The notes: generated by a model not told the origin, from the sequence alone. DNA of 64,000 nucleotides from Chrysomallon squamiferum (GCA_012295275.1 CM022679.1:14012001-14076000); one strand, 5' to 3'. Shown: positions 1-14,559, counted from the stretch's first letter. Numbers and translations: made by a program.

Positions 1-53
1 ACATACATTCATTGATACATTATATACATACATTAATACATAAATACACACAC

Positions 54-89
<36 letters not shown>

Positions 90-110
90 CGGACATACAT
101 ATATATATAC

Positions 111-147
<37 letters not shown>

Positions 148-230
148 CATATATATATACACACACATATATATATACATATACATATATATATATATAC
201 ACATCACACACATACACACACATACATATT
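1..230. repeat. (TA)n/(TACA)n/(CA)n microsatellite
   Basis: Directly visible. Confidence 0.95.
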
Positions 231-338
231 TTAATCTTTAGATGTTTTTTGAAATAGTATTACATCTCAAATTGTAAATTTAATTACTATGTTTTTATTT
301 CACTTTTGTTTTAATTTCTCTTTTCCTTTTCTTTCCAT
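231..338 (+). repeat. Dispersed ~105-bp duplication, copy 1 (copy 2 at 27702-27815)
   Basis: tttttgaaatagtatt.catct.aaattgtaaattt...tatgtttttatttcacttttgttttaa is shared by both sites. Confidence 0.85.
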
Positions 339-1109
339 ATATACATACACACATACATACATGTGTATATATAGACACATATACATATAAATATACATTA
401 CATGCATTGCATACATATGTTCATAGATGCACACAAAACATAAGTACATGTTTATATATACATACATACATATACTAAATACATTACACAAGCATGGATA
501 CCTTAAATATAATATAAGTGGAGAAAAAAGAACAGTAAGAAAATTAAGAAAATAAGAAACAAACAGAAGACCTGATATTAACTTTTATGCATTCCAAAGT
601 AATTATAATGTTTTTTAAATATGTAGAACATATGAAACAAAAATAATGCAGGTACATCAATATTACTAATCCTTTCTAATTTGATTATGAAAATTTTATT
701 TTCAAATAATGTGTAAAAGAAAATAGTAAAAGTAAATATTAAACTTTACTAATTAAAGGTAACTAAACATTTTAGTTTAAAAACAAAAAAATTAAAACAT
801 GATATAAATTTATTGTACATAATTTTATCATAATCTAAAATAAATAAATAAATAAATAAATTAAAAACATACAAATTATGATAAATGCAAATTATATATT
901 TTATATTTGACCAAACTTCCAAGTTTAATTAGATAACAAAAACAATATGTCCAAAAACACACATATAATATTATATTCCAATTAATTACATAACATGAAA
1001 GAAATTCCTAAAAACATATACAAAATTACATTGGACATGAATTCCTATTAATTACATAACATAAAATATATACCAACATATACAAGTATCATTAAGGATT
1101 TTCTAAATA

Positions 1110-1630
1110 TAATAACAATAGACAAAATTATACTGTATATTAATTATATAACATACAACAAAATATGTTGTACATTAATTATATTGTACATTAATTACAT
1201 AACATACAACAAAATACATGCAGCAGATTATATTGTGCATTAATTATATAATATACAACAGATTATATTGTACATTAATTATAGAATACAACAAATTATA
1301 CTGTACACTAATTAAATAACATACAACAAAATACATGCATCAAATTAAATTGTATATTAATTATGTAACATACAACAATAAATATACAACAAATTATACT
1401 ATACATTAATTATATAACATACAATAAAATATACATAAACTATATTGTACATTCATTATATAACATACAATAAAATAATTACAACAAATTATATTGTACA
1501 TTAATTATATAACAGACAATAAAATATATACAAAAATATATATTGTACATTATATATATAACATTAATTATATAACATACAATAAAATATATACATCAAG
1601 TTATATTGTACACTTTAATTATAAAACATG
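1110..1630. repeat. Degenerate ~30-45-bp minisatellite (aaattatattgtacattaattatataacatacaa)
   Basis: About 12 imperfect copies. Confidence 0.85.
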
Positions 1631-2069
1631 AAAGAAAATACATGCAACAAAACATACGAGCATCATTGAAGACAGACTTAATGTAATTAAAAGAGACAGC
1701 TCAGGCACAGAACTATGCAGGTGTATTCACACAGGTGCATTATGGTGATTGCAGGTATTTAATTAGCAGCGCTATGAGCTGCCTCACTAAATAAAATGAA
1801 TGCTGTCTACCTGTGTGGTATATCTCTGTTACTGCATGGCTGTCAGGCTTGCTTAGAGGAAGGCATTGTTTGCAGGAACTGTCTTAATTTCACAACAAGC
1901 AAAACAATGTTGGGTGCTTTACAAGACTTTGTCAGATCAATTTGGAACAGCCAGTTCTTCTCTCGGCTGGATGTATTAGAACCTGTTTGTTTGTTTGTTT
2001 GTTTGTTTGTTTGTTTGTTTGTTTGGTGTAGAGAAATATGGATACTTTGTGTTTTGTTGAAAGTGAGAT

Positions 2070-2535
2070 ATTTATTTCATAGACTGGTGTTGTAGTTTGA
2101 GCTATTTGTTAATTACCAATAGTTTTGAGTGAATTTTAATATTTCACAGACTGGTGTTGTATTTGAGATATTTGTTAATTACCTTTAATTTTGAGTTTTC
2201 TCTTGAGTGAATTTTAATATTTCATAGACTGGTGTTGCAGTTTGAGTTATTTGTTAATTACCATTAGTTTTGAGTTATCTCTTGAGTGAATTTTAATATT
2301 TCATAGACTGGTGTTGTATTTAAGATATTTGTTAATTACCATTAGTTTTGAGTTATCTCTTGAGTGAATATAAATATTTCATAGACTGGTGTTGTATTTG
2401 AGATATTTGTTAATTACCTTTAATTTTGAGTTATCTCTTGAGTGAATTTTAATATTTCATAGACTGGTGTTGTAATTTGAATTATTTGTTAATTACCTTT
2501 AATTTTGAGTTATCTCTTGAGTGAATTTTTATATT
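2070..2535. repeat. ~78-bp tandem repeat, ~6 copies
   Basis: agactggtgttg recurs at 2081, 2148, 2226, 2305, 2383 and 2461. Confidence 0.95.
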
Positions 2536-4094
2536 TGAATTGTTCTTTGAATTACAGTTTCAGTTGTTGAGAAGTGCCATTTGAAAGACTGTTAGAATTA
2601 CCTCCAGTAAATTCTTAGTATGTTACAGTAACTTTCTGATTTGTAATTACTTACAGTATCGCTTTGGCAGTGGGTTGTGGTTTTACAGTTCTTTGAGGTA
2701 TATTGTGGTTATTTGTGTTGTCTTAAATGTTATAAAAATAGTCTACATTGGTGATTTATGGTAACACAATCAGGATTTGAGGCCCAGACCAGAGTTTTCA
2801 TGATCTAATTATAATTTGTGATCTACAGCTGTGATTTTATGTGTGTGTAGGGGTGTTTGTGTGTGTGTGTGTGTTGTATGTTGTGTGTGTGTGTATTTTT
2901 GTTTTGTGTGAACTGCAGTTTATGGCCTAAAATGTTAAAATTTCATCTCACATGGTGATTTTGATTTTTAGTCTCTGTTACGTAGACAAATCACTTAAGA
3001 ACTGAACCGTTTTTCAAATAAATGTACAAAACTTCACACACATTTCCCAGTCTCTATTTAAACAATAAAAATTAAAGAAAACTTCTAAAATAAACCACCA
3101 TCATATTTCTTGTATGAGAGCCGTTTCAAAAACATACCTAACACATTCATTTTTAATTTTGTTTCATGCCAAGAATGCCTTAAGCACATTACACATGTAG
3201 TTGTTAGTGAATCTATGTATAGCTTTACAATGCATGCATGCTACAAACTGTATATTTTAATTAACTTGTAAAAAAAAAAATAGGTGAAAAAAATAAAGAA
3301 TGAAGTCATGAAGTATCTTTAGGCTAACGTTTTTTAGTATTATTATTTGAATTTTTTTTTTGAAAGTAAATATTCCATTCATGTTATCCATGCTATGTGA
3401 TATTTTAAGTAGATGATTATTACAGTCAAACAAACGAAGTCGTGTGAGATGTTTTTAGCTGTTTGTATTCTTAGCAAATCATTCATAAATATATTCTGTT
3501 ATGTTATGAAGCTTGAATTGTGAAAATATTTATTTAGAAATCTTTCTGAAAATATCAGCATTTTTGTTTTATATTTTTATATTTTTTTTTTTTATATTTT
3601 TTTATTTTTATATATTTGTTTTTTTTATTACATTTTTTTCTTCTTTTTTATTGTTGTTGTTTTGTTTTGTTGTTTTCATTTTAACATATTTTTTTATTTA
3701 TTTTTATTTTTTTAGATTTTTTTTTTTTTTTTATATATATATATATCATTCATTTTATTTTTAGAATTATAATTTGTTATATTTTTTCTCTTTTTTTAAA
3801 TATGTTATATATTTTATATTTTTTACAATATTAAATGAATATTCATTAATTATATTATTAGATGTCAAATTTCAAAAATTAATTTTGAAACAAATAGATA
3901 TATACACACACATATATATATTTATTAATTCATTTTAGATGTATGTTTACTCAAATACACACACACATACTACAAATTTAACAGAATCAAATTGCTATTT
4001 CAACTCCTTAATCTGTTTTTACTGATTAGAAGTAATCAGGTTTTAAAATGTATTATCACAGTGCCTAAAAACAAATATCACAGTGTTTTAGAAA

Positions 4095-4175
4095 CCAATA
4101 CTGGCTTGAAGAGGAAATAATGCAATGTATCCACTGTTGGGTATTGATCCCCGTCCATTTAGCTACTGAATGTAA
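4095..4175 (-). mobile_element. Fragment of a decayed tRNA-derived SINE
   Basis: actggcttgaagaggaaata...gggtattgatcccc parallels the copies near 17.0, 19.8 and 21.1 kb. Confidence 0.4.
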
Positions 4176-5199
4176 TAGTTTTGTTTTTATTTTAGAACAC
4201 TTTTTGACTGGCTTAAGCCTGTGAATTCAAAATGTTTAAATTTAGTTCCAATTTTTTTTTTTAAATTTATTTTATTTAATTTTATTTATTTAGTCATTAT
4301 AGTTATGTGTTGTTTGTTAGGTTTTCTTCTTTCTTTAATTTATTTATAATATAAGTGTTTATTTTATCTTTTCTTCATTCCATCTTTTCTTTCTTCCTTT
4401 CCATTTTTAATTAATTTATTTTCCAATTTTTCATTTAATTTTATTTGAAAATTTAAACTTTTGTATAAAATTACTCAAAAAGCTCATTTTCCCCGTTCCA
4501 ACCACTACACTGCATTAATAAAACCATTTACTACTTTACTACACTCTAAACTGTCTCAAGTCGCCATAGAAAAACAAAAATAACACGTGTAACAAAGCAG
4601 CCATCAACACACAATTTACGTTAAATCAGCAACAACTCCTCAATTAAACAGATATCAAATTTAAACACACACACACACAGATCATCCCCTTTAACTAACT
4701 GCTCTTCAGCAAAACAAATGACTTTTTCATGTGGCCTTAAGGGGCCATTTTGATAAAGAGGTGGAATCCTAGAGTGTTAAAATATCCCTGATAAGTCAAT
4801 CACGTTGAAATTAGACACACTCCTCTTCGCAGATAAAAACCCTGTCTACAAGCATGAATAAAGAATTCAAAATCTTTTATTTTTTATTTTTTAAATGTTC
4901 ACCACCCAAACAGGGCCTCATCCCATACACTTTCTTCACCTCCTCATTTTCAAACTTCTTTACAAATCGAGCTGGGACTGTTGTAAATATCACACCTGCA
5001 AAAGGGTAGATAGGTAGGTAGGTAGGTAGGTAGGTAGGTAAGTAGAGACTTTTTTTCTTCATTTTTTTTTTTGATTTAATTGGGCTACCCTGCCTGCAGG
5101 ACACCTGTAAACAGACCCCCAGTCTTTTTTGTACACTGATACTCTTTTTAGCTGTAGCTTATTGGTGATTGTTATTGTAGTGGCTGGTGTTAGTTCAAG

Positions 5200-5899
5200 T
5201 CATCATCTTTTCACTGTCAGCTCTTTCTCTCTGGGTTTCTCCTACCACTCTCTGGCTCACTTCGTCTGCCTGGCTGGCAGGACTCGCTCGCTCGCTCACT
5301 GACTGACTGGCTGGCTTGGCTGGCTGGCTGGCTGGCTCACTTCATTTTGCCTGGCCCCTGTGAATGGATTGCGCCGGCGAAGGGGTAACAGCTACAGTGA
5401 GAAAACACAGCGGCATTTTCAATTGATTGGTACAGACTGAGTTAGTTGGAAAGATAACCTCGAAGAATCACAACAGAGATTGCATTACTAGAGATCAGCG
5501 GAAAACAGAGGACTGTACAACGGTTTATTTTGAGTGAGTGAGAGTATATACAATCTCTCTCTCTCTCTGTGTCTGTCTGTCCGTCTGTCTCTCACGCTCT
5601 GTCATTCATTTTTTTTTCTCTCTCTCTATCTCACACTCACACACAAAAACCAGTGACACACGAGAGTGTGTATATGTGTGTGTGTGTGTGTGAGTGTGAG
5701 TAAGTGAGTGTCTCACTGTGCCGTGTAGCAATAAGACTGAGAAAGAAACACAGGGACGAGTAATGATTATTGTTGTGTTAAAAACTGTACGCTTGACCAG
5801 TTCTTCAGACCAGTGATTCGGTCTCGGATGATCCCTCGCTGTTCAACTCGCTAAGAAGCAAAGAAACATAATGGCTCGCTGATTGTTACTGCTCTGACG
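5200..5899 (+). promoter_or_regulatory. Candidate promoter / non-coding first exon of ZMIZ1
   Basis: Most GC/CpG-rich part of the first 30 kb, with (CTCG)n, (CTGG)n, (CT)n and (GT)n runs. Two GGCTCACTTC initiator-like motifs (~5255, ~5335). Ends in consensus donor ACG|GTAAGT at 5899/5900. Confidence 0.45.
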
Positions 5900-7098
5900 G
5901 TAAGTAGCTTTAATATGCTCGGCAGACCTTTTGGGTTGGCTAATCTCAGAAGGGGCAATAGATTTAATAAGATGGGGGGCTTGTAAACGGAGAATATTCA
6001 CAACTCCACACTCCAAACACCACTCGCTCCAACACTGGCTTTGAGCATTTAAGACTTCTGGGAATTAGTTGATCTCCCTGTTTTTGCTTTGTTATCGTTG
6101 TCTATCAACTGCGTTATGCTGCCTTGGCACGTGCGTGTGTTGTTCTACGTATGTTACGCATGCACTGCGAGCTGAAACCCACTACAAACATTGATTAAAT
6201 AGCCTGTTAGCATAAGATTAGACAGATATGGCGTGAAGACTAAGTTATTGTCATCATGGCTCGAGCATTGTTAGACTTCTGACACATTAACAAGTCGTCT
6301 TGTTAAATGAGCCACGCTTTTTTATTTTTTTTTTTTTTGTCCTTTTGGGGTTTTTGGGGTTTTTTTTTTTACAAAAATTTTGTTTTGTTTTGTTTCTCTT
6401 TTCTTTATTTTATACATGTCTTCGTTCTTTTTTTTTTTAATCATTTTTCTTCTTTTCAGTTTTCTTCATTTAATTTTTCTTTTTCATTTTTTAAATAATG
6501 TTTTGTCTGAATGTTTCTTTTTTTTTTCTTTCTGTTCCATTATCTTAATTCCCTTCTAAAAAATTTTGTTTCTCTTTTTCATAATTTTTTCTTCAATTTT
6601 AATTTTTTTTCCATTTTCATAATTTTTCTTCTTTCTTCCAAATTTGTCTTCACTTTCTTCATGTTTGTTTCATTTTCTTCTTTATAATTTTTTTCTTTTC
6701 AGCTTTCTTAATTTTTGATTATAAGCCTACTTTATTTTTTTTTTGAATTTTCCTGTCGTCAGTTTTCTTAATTTTTTAATTCATTTTTGCTTTTCTTTTT
6801 TACTTGATTTTCTTCATTATTCTCTTCCGTTTTCATAATTTTTCTTTTTTTCTTTGTGATACACTTTCTCTTACCTTTACTTTCTCTTTATTTGTCTATA
6901 TTTTCCCCTTTTTTCTTTATTTCGTTAACTTATTAATTTTTTTCGTTTTTGTTAATTTCCCCCCTTTAATTCTTAATCTATATGCTCTTCATTTCTATTC
7001 AGTTTTCTTCGTCTTTTTCTTTACTTCATAATTCTTTCTTTTCTCTTCCTTAACCTTCCCTCATTTTTCTTCACCTCCTCAACCCTCCCAATCTTATC

Positions 7099-7129
<31 letters not shown>

Positions 7130-8081
7130 CTGTGTTTGTGTTGTGTATGCATGTATATTTTTTTTGTTACATTTTAAAATTATTATTAATATATATTTTC
7201 TTTCAATAACATAAAAAAATCCAGTTTACCAAGCTTCACACTGTTATCTCTGTTTAACTACATCTTGTCAACTGTTTTTGCCTTTCACACAAACCTCTTC
7301 ACACAATTTACACACCATTGCTACATTAAACTGCTGTCTTTGCAGGTGTAAGTCATGTCAATATGTGCAGTACTGATTGTTTTAAATCCATTTAATAAGT
7401 GGCGATTATGCTGCGTCAATATCGTATAACACTTATTAGACATGTCTGTGTGCTATATCTAATACTAGATCTGTTTGTTTTAACAATCTCTGTCTACTTA
7501 GTGTTTATTTATCTACAGGTTTATTATTTGACTTGCCGATTTGTTGGTTAACAAGTCTTAATCATGCTCTTTGCTTTTTATTCATTTTATTTGTCATGCT
7601 CTTGTTTGTTATTTTCAAAGTCTAATTTTTCAAAAAGAATTATTTTTTTTTTTTGAAAATTTATTCTGTTTATTTACGACTTACTGATTTTAATTATTTA
7701 TGAGTTGTTCATTTATTTATTGCTGAAATGTGTGATAATGGGTTGATTGATTATTCAATATCGTGTTTAAATTAAAAAATATAAATATATATACACACAT
7801 ACATACATATATTCATACATAAATATATACTACATACATACATACGTACATAGGTGAACAGGTGATATTGCATTTCTGATATTTAATATTAGAAAAAAAA
7901 AATGTATTTTAATAAGCAGTGATCTTTACTTTCTTATGTTTGACCTTTACCTTTCTGTGACATTGTTACATACATTGAGTTGTCCTGTAACAGCCAGTGT
8001 CATTACTATCATTTGTTTGTTACAAAACATGTGTAAACAGAGAGAAATATAATGTGTGTATATATGTGTGTGTGTGTGTAG

Positions 8082-8292
8082 ACATAAAAGACACATACAT
8101 ATCTTTACACATACACAGATGTGCATACATTACACACAGATATACATGCATACATACATACATATATATATATGTATGTTTGTATGTATGTATGTGTGTG
8201 TGTTTGTGTGTGTGTATAGACATATAAACAACACATACATATCTTTACACATACACAGATATGCATACATTACACACAGATACACATGCATA
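8082..8292. repeat. Local duplication of a ~65-bp CA/TA-rich unit within a microsatellite field
   Basis: acacatacatatctttacacatacacagat.tgcatacattacacacagata occurs twice. Confidence 0.85.
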
Positions 8293-8755
8293 TCTACCCA
8301 ACTGATCTACACACATACATTGATGCTTATGTTCATTACACACATGCACATCTATGCATACACACATGCAGAAACACAAACGTCAAGAATGAAATATGTA
8401 CATACTTAATATTTATTATACATGTATTATACTGACGCTTAATCTGTTGATTAATTACTTCAGATGTTTGAAACCTTTTTTCTTTGCATTCCTTACAACA
8501 CAATTCTCCAAGTGATCAAACTTGTTTTAACTCATGTGTGTGTGTGTTTTTATCTGGACACCCTGTGTGTGTTTATGTGTGTCTGAGTGTGTATGTAAGT
8601 GTGAATGTATGTGTGAATGTGTGTGTGTGTGAATTTGTTTTTATCATGTAGAGAATGTGTGTGTGAATGTATGTATGTATGGATGTGTTCATAAATGTGT
8701 GTTTGATAGTGTATATATGTTTATGTGTGCATGTGCATGTGTGAATACATGTGAA

Positions 8756-8811
<56 letters not shown>

Positions 8812-9089
8812 TGTGTATGTGTGTGTGTCTGTGTGCATGTGTGTGTGAATGTGCATGAATGTGATTGTGTGTATGGATTTAATTTTTATCTTGATTACAT
8901 GGCCAAAAATAATCATAATGTTAATGGTGAAAATATTTGCAATTTGATGAAAACTTTTAAAAAGTTTAAACTTTTTTTTAGAGTTTAAAGAAACAACAAA
9001 TTAACTAGATAAGAGACAGTTGTTTGATGACTTGATTTCTGTTGAAAAGTTAATGTGTGTCAGTTTAAATGACACAAAAATATTGTTTA

Positions 9090-9122
<33 letters not shown>

Positions 9123-10259
9123 AAAACTAGTTATTTAAAAATGTCAGTTTTTGTTGTTCTTTTGTTGTTTTTTCTTTTTTAAAAAAAAGAAAAAAGAAAA
9201 AAAAAAGAAAATCTTTATTACAGAATGATTTTTGGATGAAATCATTTTTTATTTTATTTTTGAAAATGACCTTTAAAAATCTTTTCAAATCCCTATTTTT
9301 AAGAGCATTATTATATTTTTAACTTTCTTAAAATATCCAAGATTCTGATTTAAAAATTTGAATTTTTGTTCATCATGAAAGGTCTAAAAAAAAATAATGA
9401 ATAAAACTTGTGTAAAAGTTTAAATAAAAAAATTTATAATGCACATATTAATAGCAAGTTTTAACATAAAAAATATATTTTATAATTTAATGCTGAGTAG
9501 CATATTTTAAATATTTTTAAATTTCTTTTTTTTATTATTTTCTCAGTCATTTTGTTAATTGTTTTTATTAATTTTTACTGAATTTTGTAAAATAACCATT
9601 AATAATAATAACAACAACAACAACAACAATATCAGTAACAACAACATTAACAAAAATAACAATACATAAAGACACAGACAATGTGATTTTAACTTTTGTT
9701 TAAAAACATTCGCCTGACTTTCATAAATAAATTGAATTGTTTTTTTAAATAATAAAGAGAAAAGTTAATTTTTAAGAAAAACACATTTATCTTATTTTAA
9801 AGTTTTGTTAATCTTACATTACATGAAAAATAACCCCCCAAAACCAACATATTTTGGACATTTTTTTAATTATTGAAAATAAACCCCAAAAAACAAATTC
9901 TTTAAGGATATTTTTTTTAAATCTTAACAAACAAATGAATTATTTCTGGAAAACTAATGACCACATTAAAATGAAAATAATAAAAACGACAGCAAAAAAA
10001 AAAAAAAAAACAATTAAAAATAAAATAAAAAAATAAATAAATAAATAAATAAAAACTATAAGCTGACTGACCTTATGTTAGCAAAAGAAAACAAAAATAG
10101 AAAAAGCATAATCCACCTTAAAAAGCTTAGTATATATGCAAATGTTATTTAAAAAAATAAAAATAAAAAAAATAAAAAAATGTAATTGTAGAATTTTTTT
10201 TCCTTGAAGATAAGACAGAAAATAAACAAAAATTAAAAACAAAAAGTACAAGTAAACCA

Positions 10260-10870
10260 GTCAAGATAAGTCAGTTTTCTGTTAAATACAACATCACTTT
10301 TTTATTTGAATAAATCAGCTAAGCTATAAATACATATTTACCAAAGTGAAAACTACAAGTACTCTTATCATGTACACTGTAAAATAATAAAAAAAACAAA
10401 AAAAAAACAACTAAGACATGAAGTGTGATATTATTAACTTTTTTTATTTGAATAAATCAAATATCAACATGTACTTAGATAAATCAAACGATACAAGTAT
10501 GCCTAACGTGATCACTGTCACATTGTATAGTGTAATAAAAAAACAACAAACAACCAAGACATGAATAATGATATTATTAACTTTTCTGTTAAATACAAGT
10601 GTTTGATTTGAATCAGTCGCTTGTTAGTATGTACATAAATGAATGTTCAAGTACGCCTACCATGCACACAGTCAGAATATCTCACATTGTATTATATCAT
10701 AATTAAATAATAATAATAATAATAATAGTAATAATAATAATAATAATGATAAGAAGAAATTAAAAAAGACATGCATGATGATATTATTAACTTTTCTATT
10801 AAATATGATTGTTTGTTTTGAATCAGTCGCTTGTTAACTTGTACTTAAATCAGTCGACAATACAAGTACA
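10260..10870. repeat. Degenerate long-unit tandem duplication (aagacatg...tgatattattaacttttt...tttgaat)
   Basis: Motif recurs near 10413, 10557 and 10767. Confidence 0.7.
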
Positions 10871-12125
10871 GTGTATCAGCTTATAAACAGACTGTAAACA
10901 GGTAAAAAAAACAAATTTATTTGATACATTCGAATCTACAGGTAAAAGTTAATCCCTGTTACCTCTTTCTCACATTCTCGTTTAACTTGAAATGAGTGGT
11001 GTAACATTCAGGAGTAACTTATTATTAATCTCTGACTGTATTTTTCTTTGTGCATAAATAATAAAAAAATATATATATTAGAAAAAATAAACAATAATAA
11101 ATAATAACAATAAATATGTAAATAAATAAAATAATAATAATAATAATGATCATGATGATTATGAAGATGATGATAATGGTAGTAGTAGTAGTTGTTGCTA
11201 TAATAATAATGATGATGATGATGATGATGTTTAAGATGATGATGGTAGTAGTAATAGTTGTTAAAAATAATAATAATAATAATAAAACAACAAGAAAATG
11301 CAAATTAAGACATAAGAAAACTTTGATGAAAGTTTGAATGAATGCCTTTTTTTTATTATTTATTTATTATTCCTGTTTTTGTTTCTTTATATCTTTCTTT
11401 CCTTAACTTTGTTTGTTTGAATTTAATTACATTAAATTGTACTGTATTACATTACATTGTATTGTAATATTATTATTATTATTATTACTATATAACATTA
11501 CATTCAATTATTTCATACTACATTATAAAATTAGTGCATTTTTACATACATTACAAAATTAAGACACAAAATACACTCTGATTTTATTTTTTTTTTTTTT
11601 AACTGCAATAAAAGAAAAAAAAAAAGTTAAAAAAAAAGTTTAAAAAAAAAAAGGAAAGAAAACTTCACTTTGAACTTGCTAGTAAATTCAATTTATGTCT
11701 GTTTCACGAGTTCTTAATTTCCATTCTTCCAAGTATTTTATTCATGAACGTAAAAGACTGCATGTCTATAATCTTTGCTTTTTCCCTCTGTCGACTTTGT
11801 GCAGATTCTTTTCATTGACAGACAACACACTGGGCTTTGGGTGTGTGTTTCCCTTGTGTTGTTGCTTTGTTGTGTTACTTTAATCAGTGATATTTTCTCG
11901 CCGAGGAATTTATGTCATGAAAAGACATGTTTGCACCTGTTTTGAGTATCAAGTGTTCATATTTGTCATTCAGTTACATACGTGTTTGTTTTCGGTTGTT
12001 TCTTTTTCTTTTTTCTTCTTTTTTTTTTTTTAATATTTTTTTTATGATATTACTTATTTATTTATTACTTCAGCAAACTGTTCAGACTTGTGTTGTAAGT
12101 TAATTTATTTAGAGTGTGTGTGTTT

Positions 12126-12595
12126 TGGCTCAATGGTTAGAGTGGAGATATGATAAGTGACAGTTCACAGGATCACTTCTGATTGTTAGAAACAATTCTC
12201 TTTACATTATTTTCCAGTCCAACTAGTGCTCCAACTCCGATTTATCAAAAATACCATAAAATTAATTGTCTTTTGATTATTTCCCATTCCAATCAATGTT
12301 CCATCTCTGATTTATCAAATATCTTCAAATTAATTTTCGGGGTCTATTTACCGTTCCAAATTGGGCTCCATGTCTGGATTATCAAAGATCAGAAAATCAA
12401 TTCTGTCGGATATTTCCCATTTCCCCAGCTTATCAGAGATCACTGGGAATTCTGGTTACTGAGGCATGTTTTGAAGATAGCTGTCTTTCAGTGGTAGCAG
12501 CAGGTTTCCTCTCTATCACACTGTTATGAAGATTAAATAAACACATCTACATGACACTTAATTAACACTGTAACTGTTAATGTATCATTAAACAC

Positions 12596-12600
<5 letters not shown>
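12126..12600 (+). mobile_element. Decayed tRNA-derived SINE (Meta-domain-like) with internal tandem multiplication, followed by (CT)n
   Basis: Pol III A-box-like TGGCTCAATGGTTAGAG at 12126. AGTGGTAGCAGCAGGTTTCCTCTCT at 12490-12514 resembles the 3' end of the recalled MetaSINE core. (CT)n runs from 12599. Confidence 0.55.
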
Positions 12601-12657
<57 letters not shown>

Positions 12658-13900
12658 ATATCTCTCTCTCTGTATATATATATATGTATTCTTCTTTACT
12701 ATTCAGGTATTATTACAATGCAATAGATTTTCTTTTGTTGAAAAAATTTACGGTTCTATGGTTTTAATGACAATATGAGACAAAAAATATAAAACAAAAA
12801 TAATTTTATCTCATTTATTAACACAAATGAATAAAAACAAGATACCCCCCAAAAAAAAAAAAAAAAATACATAAAATAAATAAGTAAATAAATAAATATA
12901 TATATTCATATAAATAAATTGTACATTAGGTTTGTTAATGAAAGAAACATACATTTGTCTCGACTCTTTTTTTAATGGTTTTTCAGATTTTTTTATTGGC
13001 ATTTTTGAGAATAAATTTAATCATGATATACAGATGATCTTCATAAACTTTCTTCTTTTTTAAATTAACACTTATATGTTAATTAAATTTCTTACTTCAA
13101 TCATCACTTTTCAAAAAGAATTTCTGAACAAAGCTGACTCTGTTATTATTATTAATTTTTTTTTTGTGAAAACTTCCACAAGTAATTTTTGTAAGATTTT
13201 GTGAATTAAAACTTCAGTAACTAATTTTAATGTGTTCAGAATGAAACTTCAGATTTTGTTTAATGAGTGTGAACAAAAAAAACTTCATTAATTAGGTTTA
13301 ATGTGTTGGTGTTGTATACACTTCAATATCTGTTATTAATATTCCTATTATTATTAATTTAATTAATTTAATTTTTTTTTTTATGTTGAATGAAAAACAT
13401 TAACTAATTTTAATCTCTAACAAATCTAAAATCTTAATTTTACCATGAAATAAATAAGACTTCACTAATTAATTACTTCAACACAACGAAAACACTACCT
13501 ATGCAACAATACCCACAAACAGGTAAAAAACAGCCTAACAGATTAGTTCATATTACAGAAATTTCAAACTCCTGAAATTAAATACACTGACAATGAAATC
13601 ATGAGACCAACTAGCCTCAATACGAAACACGTGAGACTGCCAGCCCACCCCATTCTGCGAGAGGTGGCTGGGTGCAGTAACACGAGGCGGGTACAGGCTG
13701 CAGTAAGACAAGGCGGGTGAGCTGGGAGCCCTGCTTTGTTTGAAAGGTCAGGTGTGATGGTGACAAAGCGTTTTGCTGGCAACAAAGCCAAACTCGTTTC
13801 TTGAGTACAAACACAGTGACGTTTACCACTTCAAGAGTTAAAAAACCCAAGCAGGAAAAATGACTCAGTCTGACTGGATTTAGGTTTGTCTGTCTCTGTT

Positions 13901-13952
<52 letters not shown>

Positions 13953-14559
13953 GGTGGGTGTGTTTGACACAGTAGCATAATGTAGTTATATTAATTAAGT
14001 TAAAAATTTTGTAACGCATTATAATTATATTACAGTATTTCAGTAACAAAAAAATTTGACACAGTAGCTTACTAAAAGTTATATTACAATAATTATGTAC
14101 ATTGATTATGTAATGCAGCAGTTTAACAATTTCATTTTCACTTACACAGGATTTTCACGTTTCAATTCTGTTTGTGCATTAGCACATTATCATTTTTATT
14201 TACCAAACTCTAAACATCAATTTAAAAATAATAGTTTCACTGAAAAAGGTTTCATATTTTTATTAAATTATTTATCATGACAATGTTAAACATTGACATT
14301 TTCATTTTGATGGATACAAATTACTGATTATATATTTGTCATTGGAGCATCATAATTAAACAGGTGTAACCATTTACATTATCTAAAACTAAAAACATTT
14401 TAGCAGTTTCATTTTCATCAATATTAAGTGTTATATGTTTATTCCACTCTATACTTTAACGAAGTTTTATGTTTAAAATATCTCATTGAACTACATTTTT
14501 TTTCATCTGTTTCATGTGAATTATCATATTTGTATACATTTGTATAACATATAAGAATT

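Noticed and set aside
12126-12200. tRNA gene
   Set aside because: Only an A-box-like motif and no cloverleaf; better explained as a SINE head.
13601-13720. 39-codon ATG-initiated ORF in the GC island
   Set aside because: No similarity to known proteins or exon context; explained by local GC content.
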